DNA from: Chloroflexota bacterium
GTDB taxonomy: Bacteria > Chloroflexota > UBA11872 > VXOZ01
DNA: 64,000 bases
NCBI GenBank assembly: GCA_963662335.2
Contig: CAXXVD010000005.1
Coordinates: 608,001 to 672,000, forward strand
Reading direction: 5' to 3'
The position numbers and the translations under genes are program-made. The notes under the pieces are model-generated. The model was not told the origin of the DNA. It worked only from the letters and a program-made list of their open reading frames with translations, and did not search any database. Positions 21,401-30,310 of this stretch are shown here, piece after piece. Positions within the stretch are counted from its first letter, which is position 1. Each line of letters begins with the position of its first letter.

Positions 21401-21815
21401 CATCGTCTTCGTGGGTATTGCGGCGCTCATCGCCGTGACGTTCGCCACCCGCGGCTACTGGTACGCCGACACCACCGTGGCCGCCGGGGACGAAGTGATT
21501 GCCGCGCCCGCGGCGTCTCCCGCGCCGCTAACCGGCGCCGCGACGCCGGCCGCGGCGCCAACATCCGCGCCAACCCCAATTCCGCAGGCTCAGCCGACTC
21601 CCGCCCCTGCGACTGCCCCCGCCAGCCAGGCCACCCCGACGCTGGCCCCGCCGCCCACGCCTACGCCGGCCGTATACGTGGTGCGCACGGGCGATACGCT
21701 CAGCGCCATCGCCCAAGCGCACGGCGTTACGGTGGCGGCGCTGGCGGCCTTCAATGAAATTGCCGATGCCAACGTGATCCACATCGGCCAGCGCCTGCGG
21801 ATTCCGCCGCCGTAA
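18429..21815 (+). CDS. MMPL/RND-family transporter with C-terminal extra TM helix, Pro/Thr/Ala linker and LysM domain
   Basis: FGAGTDYSLFFISRFREE and LGADYNVFLVHRIREE motifs; C-terminal YVVRTGDTLSAIA...IHIGQRLRIP. Confidence 0.9.
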   Translation: MYRKLGSLVVSLRIPLLLLWLALALVVGLTAPAISDVASSDQTSFLPTTAGSIAARDLEAQKFAGSGSASSGLLIFAREGGLTAPDRDFAESIHNWLLSPAGPAVVQDVVSVFSHPEQAGALISPDNAAMLLTVNFTVASFQPVVDEATYAIRERVAQGAPPGLAAHFTGEAGLGTDLVESVAESTDRTAIVTIALVIGLLFFIYRAPLAVLIPLVTITLAYLVARGVLGFLAQAGWQISSLLDTYMVVLVFGAGTDYSLFFISRFREELAQRSTHEAAVRSVQRIGAVISASAITTMVGLSALGMARFGIVQTMGPGLALAVGITLLAGLTLTPALLSLCGQRLFWPRKTSVENTQPSAFWVRVSNLVARRPFIPVLLITALLALPYVGLTQYRDDLAMVVSLPESTDSRQGFDALARHFPPGAFAPAVVLLRFSEQQDLTSPPMLGAVAAIQAELAAFGSVDRARSITDPTGDGSAATVLRVPAQLEGIAAALRDPPADEGAKPAQQFAAALAQVDALAHYLAELADAFPNLARDAAFAQARGALADLDATAAVARLQAHPTQQLRQFAAGLREPAPAGAAASPALALAPLDSYLAELSAAFRDVAALPAYVEARRLLAEFAQAASIAADSSNLSAQQRAAQITQAQALAGGIAARLDSLAGFFAERPDAVFFPTAAAGENPMQAAMDNTAAALMALRAEFAASPHPYFIPTSLPGSAQAANAVLPHFVSADRTTLRFFVTLAEDPLGQSAIAAMQEIRQSLQRERGGPLASAELYVGGATAEVSDMQRIVRQDLKSVGVVTVVGIFCVLALLLRSLVAPLYLVGTVVFSYGSSLGLVTLFFQGVLGHEGVYYLLPLTVMVMLIALGADYNVFLVHRIREESASLPLRDGVRVASARTGAIITAAGVILAGTFGALTVAPLQLLFQTGAAVALGILIDALIVRSLLVPGIVTLVGKANWWPASVRANWWPILPAGARGPQGGEQGLARGIVFVGIAALIAVTFATRGYWYADTTVAAGDEVIAAPAASPAPLTGAATPAAAPTSAPTPIPQAQPTPAPATAPASQATPTLAPPPTPTPAVYVVRTGDTLSAIAQAHGVTVAALAAFNEIADANVIHIGQRLRIPPP

Positions 21816-21865
21816 CGCCTCGACGCTAAGACGGCGGCGCATCCCCACTCATTGCGCCGCGCGCG

Positions 21866-22738
21866 TCAAGCATTGCTTGGCCGCAAGTCTGCCGCCTCCC
21901 AATGGATAAGCGGGATTGTCAAGGAGTACGCATGTTCCCAACCATTGGACGCCGGCTGCAGCAGAGACGCGAGAACGTCGACGGCACGCGCTTGCTCAGC
22001 GGAGCTGAGGCCCAACATCCGTCCTAGCTGGCGGGCCGCATCGGGAAGATCGGCGAAGCGCATACTTCGCTCCACGTTGAACGGCTCCACCCACGGCAGC
22101 ACGCCCAGCGCCTGCAAGCCCCAGACAACATGGTCCGGCCGCGCGCCGATATTGAACGCACCTCTTGCAAGCGCCTGGTTGAGCGATTCCAGCAGCAGGT
22201 GAGGCGTGCCGATACTAAAGATGATGAGCACGCGCGCCCGCGCCAACGCCGAGAATCGCTCCAGCGCATAGCGGAGGTCAGCGGTGCGGTAGAGGCAATT
22301 CGCGGCAAGCACGTAGTCATGAGGATCAAGCTGCGTATCCTCCCACCTGCCCGGCTGGGGAGTGACGCCCGCAACTCCCTGCCGCTCGAGCTTGCGTTGC
22401 AACACGGCCAGCATGTCCGGGCTATACTCGAGCGCAGTTACGTCGCGCCCCTGCCGCGCCAGCGGGAGCGCGTAGTTCCCCGTGCCCGCGCCAATGTCCA
22501 GGACCGAAGCGCCCGCGGGAATCAGTTCCAATACGCGGCTTACCAGATCCGGAGCGCGCCGTGTCTGCGCATTCGGTCCGTCGAAACTGGGCGCGAGTTC
22601 CCGCCAGACCGCCAGATCCACCGAGTCATCCAGCCTAGGGCCCCGGTCCGTTCCCGCTTGCTGTTCCGCCGCCCACAGCGCAAACGGGTCGAACGGCAGC
22701 CGCAGAGTTGGCCCCGTTTCATCAATCGGTAGTTTCAC
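21866..22738 (-). CDS. Class I SAM-dependent methyltransferase
   Basis: VLDIGAGTG and ALEYSPDML motifs; AGGAGA RBS before GTG 22738. Confidence 0.87.
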   Translation of the reverse strand: MKLPIDETGPTLRLPFDPFALWAAEQQAGTDRGPRLDDSVDLAVWRELAPSFDGPNAQTRRAPDLVSRVLELIPAGASVLDIGAGTGNYALPLARQGRDVTALEYSPDMLAVLQRKLERQGVAGVTPQPGRWEDTQLDPHDYVLAANCLYRTADLRYALERFSALARARVLIIFSIGTPHLLLESLNQALARGAFNIGARPDHVVWGLQALGVLPWVEPFNVERSMRFADLPDAARQLGRMLGLSSAEQARAVDVLASLLQPASNGWEHAYSLTIPLIHWEAADLRPSNA

Positions 22739-22769
22739 GCTTTGTTCTCCTTTGTGATCAATCCGGCGA

Positions 22770-22927
22770 AGCGTCTGCATTCTCCTGGCTCAAGAAACGA
22801 GGAACTCTGCTGTGCACAGCGGACCCGCGCCTGGCCCGGACCTGAACCGGAGGACACGCTGCGCGGGCATGACGGACCGCGCCGTGTCACTTTCCGTTCC
22901 CTCATCTTCCCCGGCGATAGAGACGCT
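22770..22927 (-). ncRNA. Candidate structured leader RNA, possibly a variant cobalamin riboswitch
   Basis: 7-bp closing stem AGCGTCT/AGACGCT; ordered AGGGAA, CCGGTTCAGGTCCGG, CGCTGTG and GAGCCAGGAGA elements; imperfect match. Confidence 0.35.
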
Positions 22928-22939
22928 ACGTACCTTCAT

Positions 22940-22997
22940 TTGACAACGGTTCTCATTAATTCTACACTATCCCCGTCTATTGGTAATGAGTTTGCGT
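22940..22997 (+). promoter_or_regulatory. Sigma70-type promoter overlapped by a Fur/Zur-like box
   Basis: TTGACA-17 bp-TACACT; palindrome TGAcAAcggTTcTCA; 47/58 identical to the block at 28928. Confidence 0.8.
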
Positions 22998-23023
22998 ATG
23001 ACTTGCAATAGGAGGTCCAGCCA

Positions 23024-24664
23024 GTGAAGCATCCTCATTTCAGCCGGCGCCACTTTCTCGGCGCCGCAACGGCAACCGGACTCGCCGCCATAGCGGCCGC
23101 CTGTGGGCCGACGGGCTCTCCGGGACCCGCTGATACCCAGGGTGAGACGGACGCGCCGAAATCACAAGGGACGAGCGCCGCGCCGCCGCGCAACCGCAGC
23201 AGCGAGGAGCTTGTTCTCGCGGCCCCGCGCGACCTGGCCAACGGCCTTGAAGACCCGTACTTCACGCATCTCATCGTGAATGCGTGGAATAGCCTCTCCA
23301 AGCTGGACAACGATCTGGTGCCCCAGCCGGAGTTGGCCGAGTCGTGGGAATCGAGCGACGACGCGCGGGTGTGGACCATCAAGCTCCGCCCCGGGATCAC
23401 CTTCCACGACGGCGGGGAATTCGATGCCGGCGCCGTGGCCGCCAACATCGAGCGCTACGTCAAGATCAGCCCGCGCAGTTCGCGCTTCTTCGGCTATAGC
23501 AAGGAACGGGCATTGGGCCAGTTCGAGAAGGTCGAGGCGGTGGACGCGAGCACGGTGCGGCTGACTCTCGGCGAGCCCCGGCCCGCGCTGCCGAACACGA
23601 TGTCGAACTTCTACTCGGCGATGTTCTCACCGGCATCCTTTACGGCCGAGGGGAGCTTCAATGCGCCGCCGGCGAGCACCGGCCCGTTCAAGATCGTCGA
23701 GTGGGAAAAGGGCCAACACCTCATTCTGGAGGCCTTTGACCGGTACCATCTCGGCGCGCCGGCGGTGAAGCAGATCATCCTCCGCTCCCTGCCGGACCCC
23801 AATACGCGGGTCGCGGCGTTGCGCTCCGGTGAGATTGACGGCGTGGTCGACCTGGGTGGTTTGCAGCCGCAGCAGGGTGCGCAGTTGCGCGGAGAAGGCG
23901 CGGTGACTGTGAATTCAAAGCCCATCGCGCTCTTCCAGTACCTGTCGTTCAACTGTAGGAAACCGCCGTTCGACAAGCCCGAAATGCGCCAGGCAGTGAA
24001 CATGGCCATCGATCGGCAATCGCTGGCGGACGACCTGTGGCATGGCTTTGCGACGGCCGGGAAGAGTATCTTGCCGTCGTTTGCCACCACGTGGGCGCGC
24101 CAAGACCTCGTCCCGGAGTACAACCCGCAAAAGGCGCAGGAGTTGGCGCAAGCGGCCATGGGCGGGGAGCGGATGAAGATTACCGCGCCCATCTCCTCGC
24201 TGCAGAACAACCGGTACCCCTACAAGAGCCTGTTTGAAGTCATCCAGGCCGTCATTGCGCCGCTGGGCTTGGACGCCGATCTCCAACTCATCGAGCATGC
24301 GGCCTGGAAAGAGGTGGTTGCGAACGGGGACTATAACCTGACCGTGAGCACCTTCGGCTGGGCCAACGGCGATCCCGACTACATCTTCAGCCGCTTCATG
24401 CACTCGCAGGGCAACACCAATGCCACGCGGCACTTCGACTATAACGACCCCGAGGTCGACAGTCTCATCGAGCAGGCAGCCGTAGCGCTGGACTACAATG
24501 AGCGCAGAGCCCTGTACGACCAATTGCAGGAGATCGCGTTCAATGACGTGCGCTTCGCGGCGCTGCTCTATGATCACGTCGTGTATGCCCACCACCCCGC
24601 GGTGAAGGGGTACAACGTGAGCGCCCTCTACCAGCCGACCCTGGCGCAACTGTCCGTGGACTGA
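23024..24664 (+). CDS. Opp/Dpp/Nik-family ABC substrate-binding lipoprotein (Tat signal)
   Basis: SRRHFL, IAAAC lipobox, PELAESWESSDD, LRPGITFHDG and TGPFKIVEW. Confidence 0.92.
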   Translation: MKHPHFSRRHFLGAATATGLAAIAAACGPTGSPGPADTQGETDAPKSQGTSAAPPRNRSSEELVLAAPRDLANGLEDPYFTHLIVNAWNSLSKLDNDLVPQPELAESWESSDDARVWTIKLRPGITFHDGGEFDAGAVAANIERYVKISPRSSRFFGYSKERALGQFEKVEAVDASTVRLTLGEPRPALPNTMSNFYSAMFSPASFTAEGSFNAPPASTGPFKIVEWEKGQHLILEAFDRYHLGAPAVKQIILRSLPDPNTRVAALRSGEIDGVVDLGGLQPQQGAQLRGEGAVTVNSKPIALFQYLSFNCRKPPFDKPEMRQAVNMAIDRQSLADDLWHGFATAGKSILPSFATTWARQDLVPEYNPQKAQELAQAAMGGERMKITAPISSLQNNRYPYKSLFEVIQAVIAPLGLDADLQLIEHAAWKEVVANGDYNLTVSTFGWANGDPDYIFSRFMHSQGNTNATRHFDYNDPEVDSLIEQAAVALDYNERRALYDQLQEIAFNDVRFAALLYDHVVYAHHPAVKGYNVSALYQPTLAQLSVD

Positions 24665-24797
24665 TTCCAGTCGGCAAGCCGGCCTGCCGGGGATGGCGGC
24701 TGTCTTGGATGCCTCCCTCGCCGGGAGTGGCGCGAGGGAGGCAACAAGGTCAAGCTGAGGGGCGGAGCCACCACCTGGTCTGCGAGAAATCCAAAGC

Positions 24798-25766
24798 ATG
24801 ATTCGCTACACGATGAGCCGTCTCCTCGCGCTGATTCCGGTGCTCCTGGGCGTCTCGCTCCTGGCTTTTCTCCTGGCCAACCTGGCCCCGGGCGATCCGG
24901 CCGAACTCGCGCTGAGCCAGGGCGATCAGGAGCCAACGGCGGCGGAAATCGCGGCGAAACGCGAGGAGTTGGGACTCAACGCCCCTATGCCTCTGCGTTA
25001 CGTCCGCTGGCTCGGCGACGTGGTCCGCGGCGACCTGGGATTGACGTATATCGACCGCGCGCCGGTGCTGCCGGAACTGGCGCGGCGCATTCCCGCGACC
25101 GTGAAGCTCGCCGCTGCCGCCCTGCTCCTGGCCCTGGTCTTGGGAGTCTCGATTGGCACGGTGACGGCCGTGTACCGCGGCACGCTGCTCGACGAAGCCG
25201 GCCGGGTGCTGGCCTTGCTCTGCGCCTCGCTGCCAAGTTTTGCGGTGGCGCTCATCCTGATCTATGCGTTCGCCGTGTCGCTGCGGCTCCTGCCGGTCGC
25301 GGGCTACGGTGACGGCAGCCTCCGGCACCTGATTCTGCCGGCCATTTCGCTGAGCGTCTTCACCATGGGCACGCTCGTCCGGCTGACCCACGCCAGCGTT
25401 ATGGAGGTTATGGGGCACGACTATATTCGCACGGCCTACGCCAAAGGACTGAATAAGCCGGCGGTTGTGCTCAAACATGCGCTGCGGAACGCGCTCCTCC
25501 CGGTCGTCACGGTCGCCGGTACGCAATTCGGCCAACTCCTCGGCGGGGCGGCCATCGTCGAGACGATCTTTGCGTGGCCGGGCGTGGGCAAGCTGGTGGT
25601 GGACGCGATCTACGCGCGCGACTACCCCATCATCCAGGGTTTTGTGCTGCTGGCCGGCCTGACGTTCGTGCTCGTCAATCTGGCGACCGACCTGCTCTAC
25701 GCCGTAATCGACCCGCGCATCCGCTTGGGCGCCGCAGCGCAGGGCGGGGGCGATGACCATGCCTAG
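24798..25766 (+). CDS. Opp/Nik ABC permease (B-type)
   Basis: APGDPA, DYIRTAYAKGL, KHALRNALLP and RDYPIIQG motifs. Confidence 0.93.
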   Translation: MIRYTMSRLLALIPVLLGVSLLAFLLANLAPGDPAELALSQGDQEPTAAEIAAKREELGLNAPMPLRYVRWLGDVVRGDLGLTYIDRAPVLPELARRIPATVKLAAAALLLALVLGVSIGTVTAVYRGTLLDEAGRVLALLCASLPSFAVALILIYAFAVSLRLLPVAGYGDGSLRHLILPAISLSVFTMGTLVRLTHASVMEVMGHDYIRTAYAKGLNKPAVVLKHALRNALLPVVTVAGTQFGQLLGGAAIVETIFAWPGVGKLVVDAIYARDYPIIQGFVLLAGLTFVLVNLATDLLYAVIDPRIRLGAAAQGGGDDHA

Positions 25767-26679
25767 CCGCGCGCTGCCGACCGCCCCGGCAGCGACCGAA
25801 TCGCTGCGGGACGAGGATCTCTTTGCTGCCGGCGAGCACTCCCCGTGGCGCGCGGCGGTACGGGTATTGCGGGCCGATCGGGCGGCGCTTGGCGGCCTGG
25901 TCTTGCTGGGTCTGTTTATCGCCGTCGCGGTAGCGGCGCCGCTCCTCGCGCCCCACGATCCGTTCGCCATCAACCTGAGCGACAAACTGCAAGGCCCCAG
26001 CGCGCGCTATCCGCTTGGCACCGACCAACTGGGCCGCGACCTGGCCAGCCGGCTCATCTACGGCACGCGCGCCACCCTGGGGAGCGCCATCCCGACAACT
26101 ATCGGGCTGCTTCTCATTGGCCTGGCGATCGGCACGACGGCCGGCTATCTCGGCGGGTGGGTGGACCGCGTCGCGGTGGGCGGCATCGACGTGCTGCTGG
26201 CGTTGCCGCGGCTGATCCTTTCGCTGGCGTTGGTCGGCTTTCTCGGCCCCAGCCTCCAGAGCCTCCTGATCGCCATCATCGCCGTCGGCTGGGCCGATCA
26301 CGCCCGCATATTCCGCGCCGCGACGCTCGCGGCCCGCGAATGGGAGTTCGTCCTGGCGGCCCGCGCGCTGGGCGCCTCGAACGTCCGGATCATGGCGCGG
26401 CACATCCTGCCCAATGTCATCGGCCCGATCGTAGTTCTCGCCACGCTCGACCTGGGCCACATCATTCTAATGATCTCATCGCTCAGTTTTCTGGGCCTCG
26501 GCATCCAGCCGCCGACCCCGGAATGGGGCGCGATGTTGAACGACGCCCGCACCTACCTCGACCAGGCGCCGCATCTGGTCCTCTTGCCGGGGCTGTGCAT
26601 TCTCCTGTCCGTTTTGGCGTGCAACTTGCTTGGCGACGGCCTGCGCGCGGCCCTCGATCCGCGCTCGCGCCAACGCTAG
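25753..26679 (+). CDS. Opp/Nik ABC permease (C-type)
   Basis: LGTDQLGRD, EFVLAARALGAS, HILPN and PEWGAML motifs. Confidence 0.93.
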   Translation: MTMPSRALPTAPAATESLRDEDLFAAGEHSPWRAAVRVLRADRAALGGLVLLGLFIAVAVAAPLLAPHDPFAINLSDKLQGPSARYPLGTDQLGRDLASRLIYGTRATLGSAIPTTIGLLLIGLAIGTTAGYLGGWVDRVAVGGIDVLLALPRLILSLALVGFLGPSLQSLLIAIIAVGWADHARIFRAATLAAREWEFVLAARALGASNVRIMARHILPNVIGPIVVLATLDLGHIILMISSLSFLGLGIQPPTPEWGAMLNDARTYLDQAPHLVLLPGLCILLSVLACNLLGDGLRAALDPRSRQR

Positions 26680-26703
26680 TCCGATGAATTCTGGAATTGG
26701 AGA

Positions 26704-26842
26704 AGACCTTTGCCTAAATCCGTCATTCCGGCGAAAGCCGGAATCCAGTGTCTTCGTTACAGCTATTAGCGCTATAGTGTCACTCACATTAACCCCCATC
26801 CCAGCCTTCCCACACGAAGGGTAAGGGTTTATGTAAAGGTCT
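26704..26842. mobile_element. MITE-like element (copy 1) carrying an internal REP
   Basis: Ends AGACCTTTGC...GTAAAGGTCT; internal blocks shared with 56344-56478. Confidence 0.6.
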
Positions 26843-26868
26843 AGTAGAGGGAGTACAAGCAAGCACCG

Positions 26869-27924
26869 ATGGCCGAGATATTAGCGCAGCCCCACCCGGA
26901 GCGAGCGCCGCTGCTTGCGGTGCAGGGCCTGAGCGTCTCGTTTTCCACGTCCGACGGCGATGTGCCCGCCGTGCAGGACGCCACTTTCGACATCGAGCCG
27001 GGACGCATTCTCGGCCTGGTCGGCGAATCCGGCTGCGGCAAGTCCGTCACGGCCCTGGCCCTGATGGGGTTGCTGCCCTCTCCGCCGGCCTGCGAACTTG
27101 CCGGTGAGGTCCGGCTGGAAGGCCGCAACCTGCTCACGCTCTCCGAACGCGAGCGGCAAGCGATTCGCGGCCGCTCCATCGCGATGATCTTCCAGGAGCC
27201 GATGACCTCGCTCAATCCCGTGCAACGGGTCGGGGATCAGATTGCGGAGGCCGTGCGCGTACACCGGCGCGTGGGTCGCCGCGCGGCGCGCGAGCAGGCA
27301 GTAGCGTTGCTCGACCAGGTGGGGATCCCGGCACCGGCCGAGCGCTCCCGCGCGCATCCCCACGAATTGAGCGGCGGCATGCGCCAGCGGGTAATGATCG
27401 CGATGGCCCTGGCGTGCCGCCCGGCCTTGCTGATCGCGGACGAGCCAACGACGGCGCTTGACGTGACCATTCAGGCCCAAATCCTCGATCTGCTCCGGCA
27501 GCTTCAAGAAGAGTTGGGAATGAGCCTGCTGTTCATTACCCACGACCTGGGAGTGATTGCCGAGTTGGCCGACGACGTGGCGGTCATGTACGCGGGGCGG
27601 ATCGTCGAGCACGCGCCGGTCGAGACCCTATTCGCGGCCCCGCAACACCCCTACACCCAAGGGCTGCTCATGAGCATGCCTTCACTCGCGACCGACCGTA
27701 GCCGGCGCCTTCCATCCATCGCCGGCAGTGTGCCGCATCCCAGCCGGCTGCCGGCCGGCTGCGCCTTCACCCCCCGCTGCCCGCACACACAGTCACATTG
27801 CGTGACCGAGCGACCACCGGAGGTCGCCACGGGGCCGGGCCACCGCGTTTGCTGTTGGCTGCATGCGCCCGCACAACCGACCGGCGGCGTCCAGCCAATC
27901 GCAACCGGGCAGGCGCCGCGATGA
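26869..27924 (+). CDS. Opp/Dpp ABC ATPase (D-type)
   Basis: [24 protein letters not shown] and HPYT motifs; Cys-rich C-terminus. Confidence 0.94.
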   Translation: MAEILAQPHPERAPLLAVQGLSVSFSTSDGDVPAVQDATFDIEPGRILGLVGESGCGKSVTALALMGLLPSPPACELAGEVRLEGRNLLTLSERERQAIRGRSIAMIFQEPMTSLNPVQRVGDQIAEAVRVHRRVGRRAAREQAVALLDQVGIPAPAERSRAHPHELSGGMRQRVMIAMALACRPALLIADEPTTALDVTIQAQILDLLRQLQEELGMSLLFITHDLGVIAELADDVAVMYAGRIVEHAPVETLFAAPQHPYTQGLLMSMPSLATDRSRRLPSIAGSVPHPSRLPAGCAFTPRCPHTQSHCVTERPPEVATGPGHRVCCWLHAPAQPTGGVQPIATGQAPR

Positions 27925-28913
27925 CGGGCGCGCGCGCGGCGGAGCCGCTGCTCCAGGTCGAAAACCTGGTCAAGCGCTTTCCGGTGCGGGGCAACCGGTT
28001 CGGTCGCCGGCCGGCGGTGCGGGCGGTAGACGGCGTCTCCTTTCACATCCGGCGCGGCGAGACCTTTGGTCTCGTGGGAGAATCGGGCTGCGGCAAGACC
28101 ACGACCGGGCGCGTCATCCTGCGCCTCGTCCCCGCCACCGGCGGCAGCGTGCGCTTTGCCGGGCAGGACGTGTTCGCGCTGCGCGGCCGCGCCCTCACCG
28201 CCTGGCGCCGGCAGGCCCAGATCATCTTCCAAGACCCCTACGGCTCGCTCAATCCCCGCTTGACCGTCGGCGCCAGCATTGCCGAGGGCCTGGTCGCGCA
28301 CGGTTTGGGCGACCGGCGCGAGCGGGAGGCGCGGGTGCATGAGGCGCTCACGGCCGTCGGCCTGCGTCCCGAGTACGCGCGGCGTTACCCGCACGAGTTC
28401 AGCGGGGGGCAGCGCCAGCGTATCGGCATTGCCCGGGCGCTGATCCTGCAACCTCAACTCATCGTCTGCGACGAGCCGGTCTCGGCGCTGGACGTCTCGG
28501 TGCAGGCGCAAGTGCTCAACCTGCTGCGCGACTTACAGGCCGCCCACGGCCTGACCTACCTGTTCATCGCCCACAACCTGGCGGTGGTCCGTTATATCGC
28601 GGACCGGATCGGGGTGATGTATCTGGGCAAACTGGTGGAGACCGCTCCCGGCGACGAGTTGTACCGGCAGCCCCGGCATCCCTATACCCAGGCGCTGCTC
28701 TCGGCCATTCCACAGACGCGGCCCGGCGAGCGCCAGGAGCGAATCGTGCTCGGCGGCGACGTGCCCAGCCCGCTCCATCCCCCGTCGGGCTGCCCGTTTC
28801 ACCCGCGCTGCGCCCACGCGCTGCCCGTGTGCAAGCAGGTCATGCCGCCGACCAAGAAACTAGGCCCCGGCCATACGGTTGCCTGTCACCTGTACGAAGA
28901 CGAGACGGGCTGA
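27921..28913 (+). CDS. Opp/Dpp ABC ATPase (F-type)
   Basis: ATGA overlap; [17 protein letters not shown] and DEPVSALD motifs. Confidence 0.94.
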   Translation: MTGARAAEPLLQVENLVKRFPVRGNRFGRRPAVRAVDGVSFHIRRGETFGLVGESGCGKTTTGRVILRLVPATGGSVRFAGQDVFALRGRALTAWRRQAQIIFQDPYGSLNPRLTVGASIAEGLVAHGLGDRREREARVHEALTAVGLRPEYARRYPHEFSGGQRQRIGIARALILQPQLIVCDEPVSALDVSVQAQVLNLLRDLQAAHGLTYLFIAHNLAVVRYIADRIGVMYLGKLVETAPGDELYRQPRHPYTQALLSAIPQTRPGERQERIVLGGDVPSPLHPPSGCPFHPRCAHALPVCKQVMPPTKKLGPGHTVACHLYEDETG

Positions 28914-28927
28914 ATGCTTACGTTTAG

Positions 28928-28985
28928 TTGACAATGGTTTTCATTAAGTCTACACTGTGTTAGTCTATTGGTAATGCCCTTGCGT
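28928..28985 (+). promoter_or_regulatory. Sigma70-type promoter overlapped by a Fur/Zur-like box upstream of znuA
   Basis: TTGACA-17 bp-TACACT; palindrome TGAcAAtggTTtTCA. Confidence 0.82.
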
Positions 28986-29140
28986 CCTGTTTGCAGTAGA
29001 CGGTCAAGGTTGTTACGCACTTTCACTCTAGCCGACGCCGCTTTCTCGCCGCCGCGACCGCAAGCGCACTCGCAGCCGTGGCGGCATTCGGCAACAAGAC
29101 AAACGAGAACGGAGAAGACATGGAAAGAGGAGTATTCCTG

Positions 29141-30310
29141 ATGCCAAATCGCAAGAATCACCTTGGGCGTCTGGCGCAGACGCTCGCTGCGGGTCTTGTC
29201 GTACTCGCTCTGGCTATCCTGGCTGCCTGCGCAACCGGCCAGGCCCCCCAAGCGCCTGCCGAAGAAGAGCCCAGGCCGGCCGCGCCGCCGGTACAGGTGG
29301 TGACAACCACCAACTTTGTGGCTGACTGGGTGCGGGTGGTAGGCGGCGACCGGGTGGAGGTCTTCAGCCTGCTGCCAGTGGGCGGCGACCCGCACCACTT
29401 CCAGCCCACGCCCCGCGACGTTGCCCGGGTAGCGGATGCGGATCTCGTCTTGTCAGTCGGCCTCTACTTGGAAGCCGCTTGGCTGGAGGAACTCTTGCAC
29501 AACGCCAGTGCGGATGAGTCCAAGATAGTGGCGCTTGGTGAAAGCGTCAATCCAATCGAGTTTACCGCAGTCGATATGCACGACGATCACGGCGATGAAG
29601 ATGACCACAGCGACGACGGCCATGACGACAACGGCGATGAAGACGAACACAGCGACGACGATCATGAAGACAACGGCGATGAAGACGAACACAGCGACGA
29701 CGATCATGAAGATAACGGCGATGAAGACGAACACAGCGACGACGGCCACGACGAACACGGCCATGAGGGACACGTGCACGGCGCTTTCGATCCTCACTTC
29801 TGGTTCGACCCGATCCGGGTGAAGACCGCAGTCAACGAAATAGCCGCCCGCCTGGCGGTCATAGACCCGGACAACGCGGACGTCTACTTCCAGAACGCTC
29901 TTGAATACGGGGAGAAGCTCGACGAACTGCACGCCTGGATCCAAACCCAGGTCAGCGCGGTGGAACCGGAGCGCAGACTTCTGGTAACATCACACGATAG
30001 CCTCTCCTACTTTGCCGAACTATACGGGTTTGAGGTGGTCGGTCTGGTAATTCCGTCGCTTTCAACTCACGTGGAGCCTTCCGCGGAGCACATTGCAGGA
30101 CTGGTCGAAGTGATCCGGAAACACGACGTGCCGGCAGTGTTTGGCGAGACGACGGTCAGCGACAGGCTGGCGCAAGCCGTGGCCAGGGAGACCGGCGCGG
30201 AAGTGGTCCAGCTCTACTCCGGCTCGCTTGGGCCGGCAGGCAGCGGCGCGGACACGTACCTGGGCATGGTGCGGTCCAACGTGGAACGCATTGTGGATGC
30301 ACTAAAGTGA
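29141..30310 (+). CDS. znuA: Zn/Mn ABC substrate-binding lipoprotein with a His/Asp-rich repeat loop
   Basis: ILAAC lipobox, DPHHFQPTP, DPHFWFDP and TSHDSLSYFA motifs; GAGGAG RBS. Confidence 0.88.
   Translation: MPNRKNHLGRLAQTLAAGLVVLALAILAACATGQAPQAPAEEEPRPAAPPVQVVTTTNFVADWVRVVGGDRVEVFSLLPVGGDPHHFQPTPRDVARVADADLVLSVGLYLEAAWLEELLHNASADESKIVALGESVNPIEFTAVDMHDDHGDEDDHSDDGHDDNGDEDEHSDDDHEDNGDEDEHSDDDHEDNGDEDEHSDDGHDEHGHEGHVHGAFDPHFWFDPIRVKTAVNEIAARLAVIDPDNADVYFQNALEYGEKLDELHAWIQTQVSAVEPERRLLVTSHDSLSYFAELYGFEVVGLVIPSLSTHVEPSAEHIAGLVEVIRKHDVPAVFGETTVSDRLAQAVARETGAEVVQLYSGSLGPAGSGADTYLGMVRSNVERIVDALK
29591..29758 (+). repeat. Four 42-bp coding tandem repeats (GDEDEHSDDDHEDN)
   Basis: GGCGATGAAGA at 29591, 29633, 29675 and 29717. 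Confidence 0.9.

Noticed and set aside
21866-22738. CntL/nicotianamine-synthase-type metallophore biosynthesis
   Set aside because: Looks like a generic class I methyltransferase; no opine dehydrogenase or racemase gene nearby
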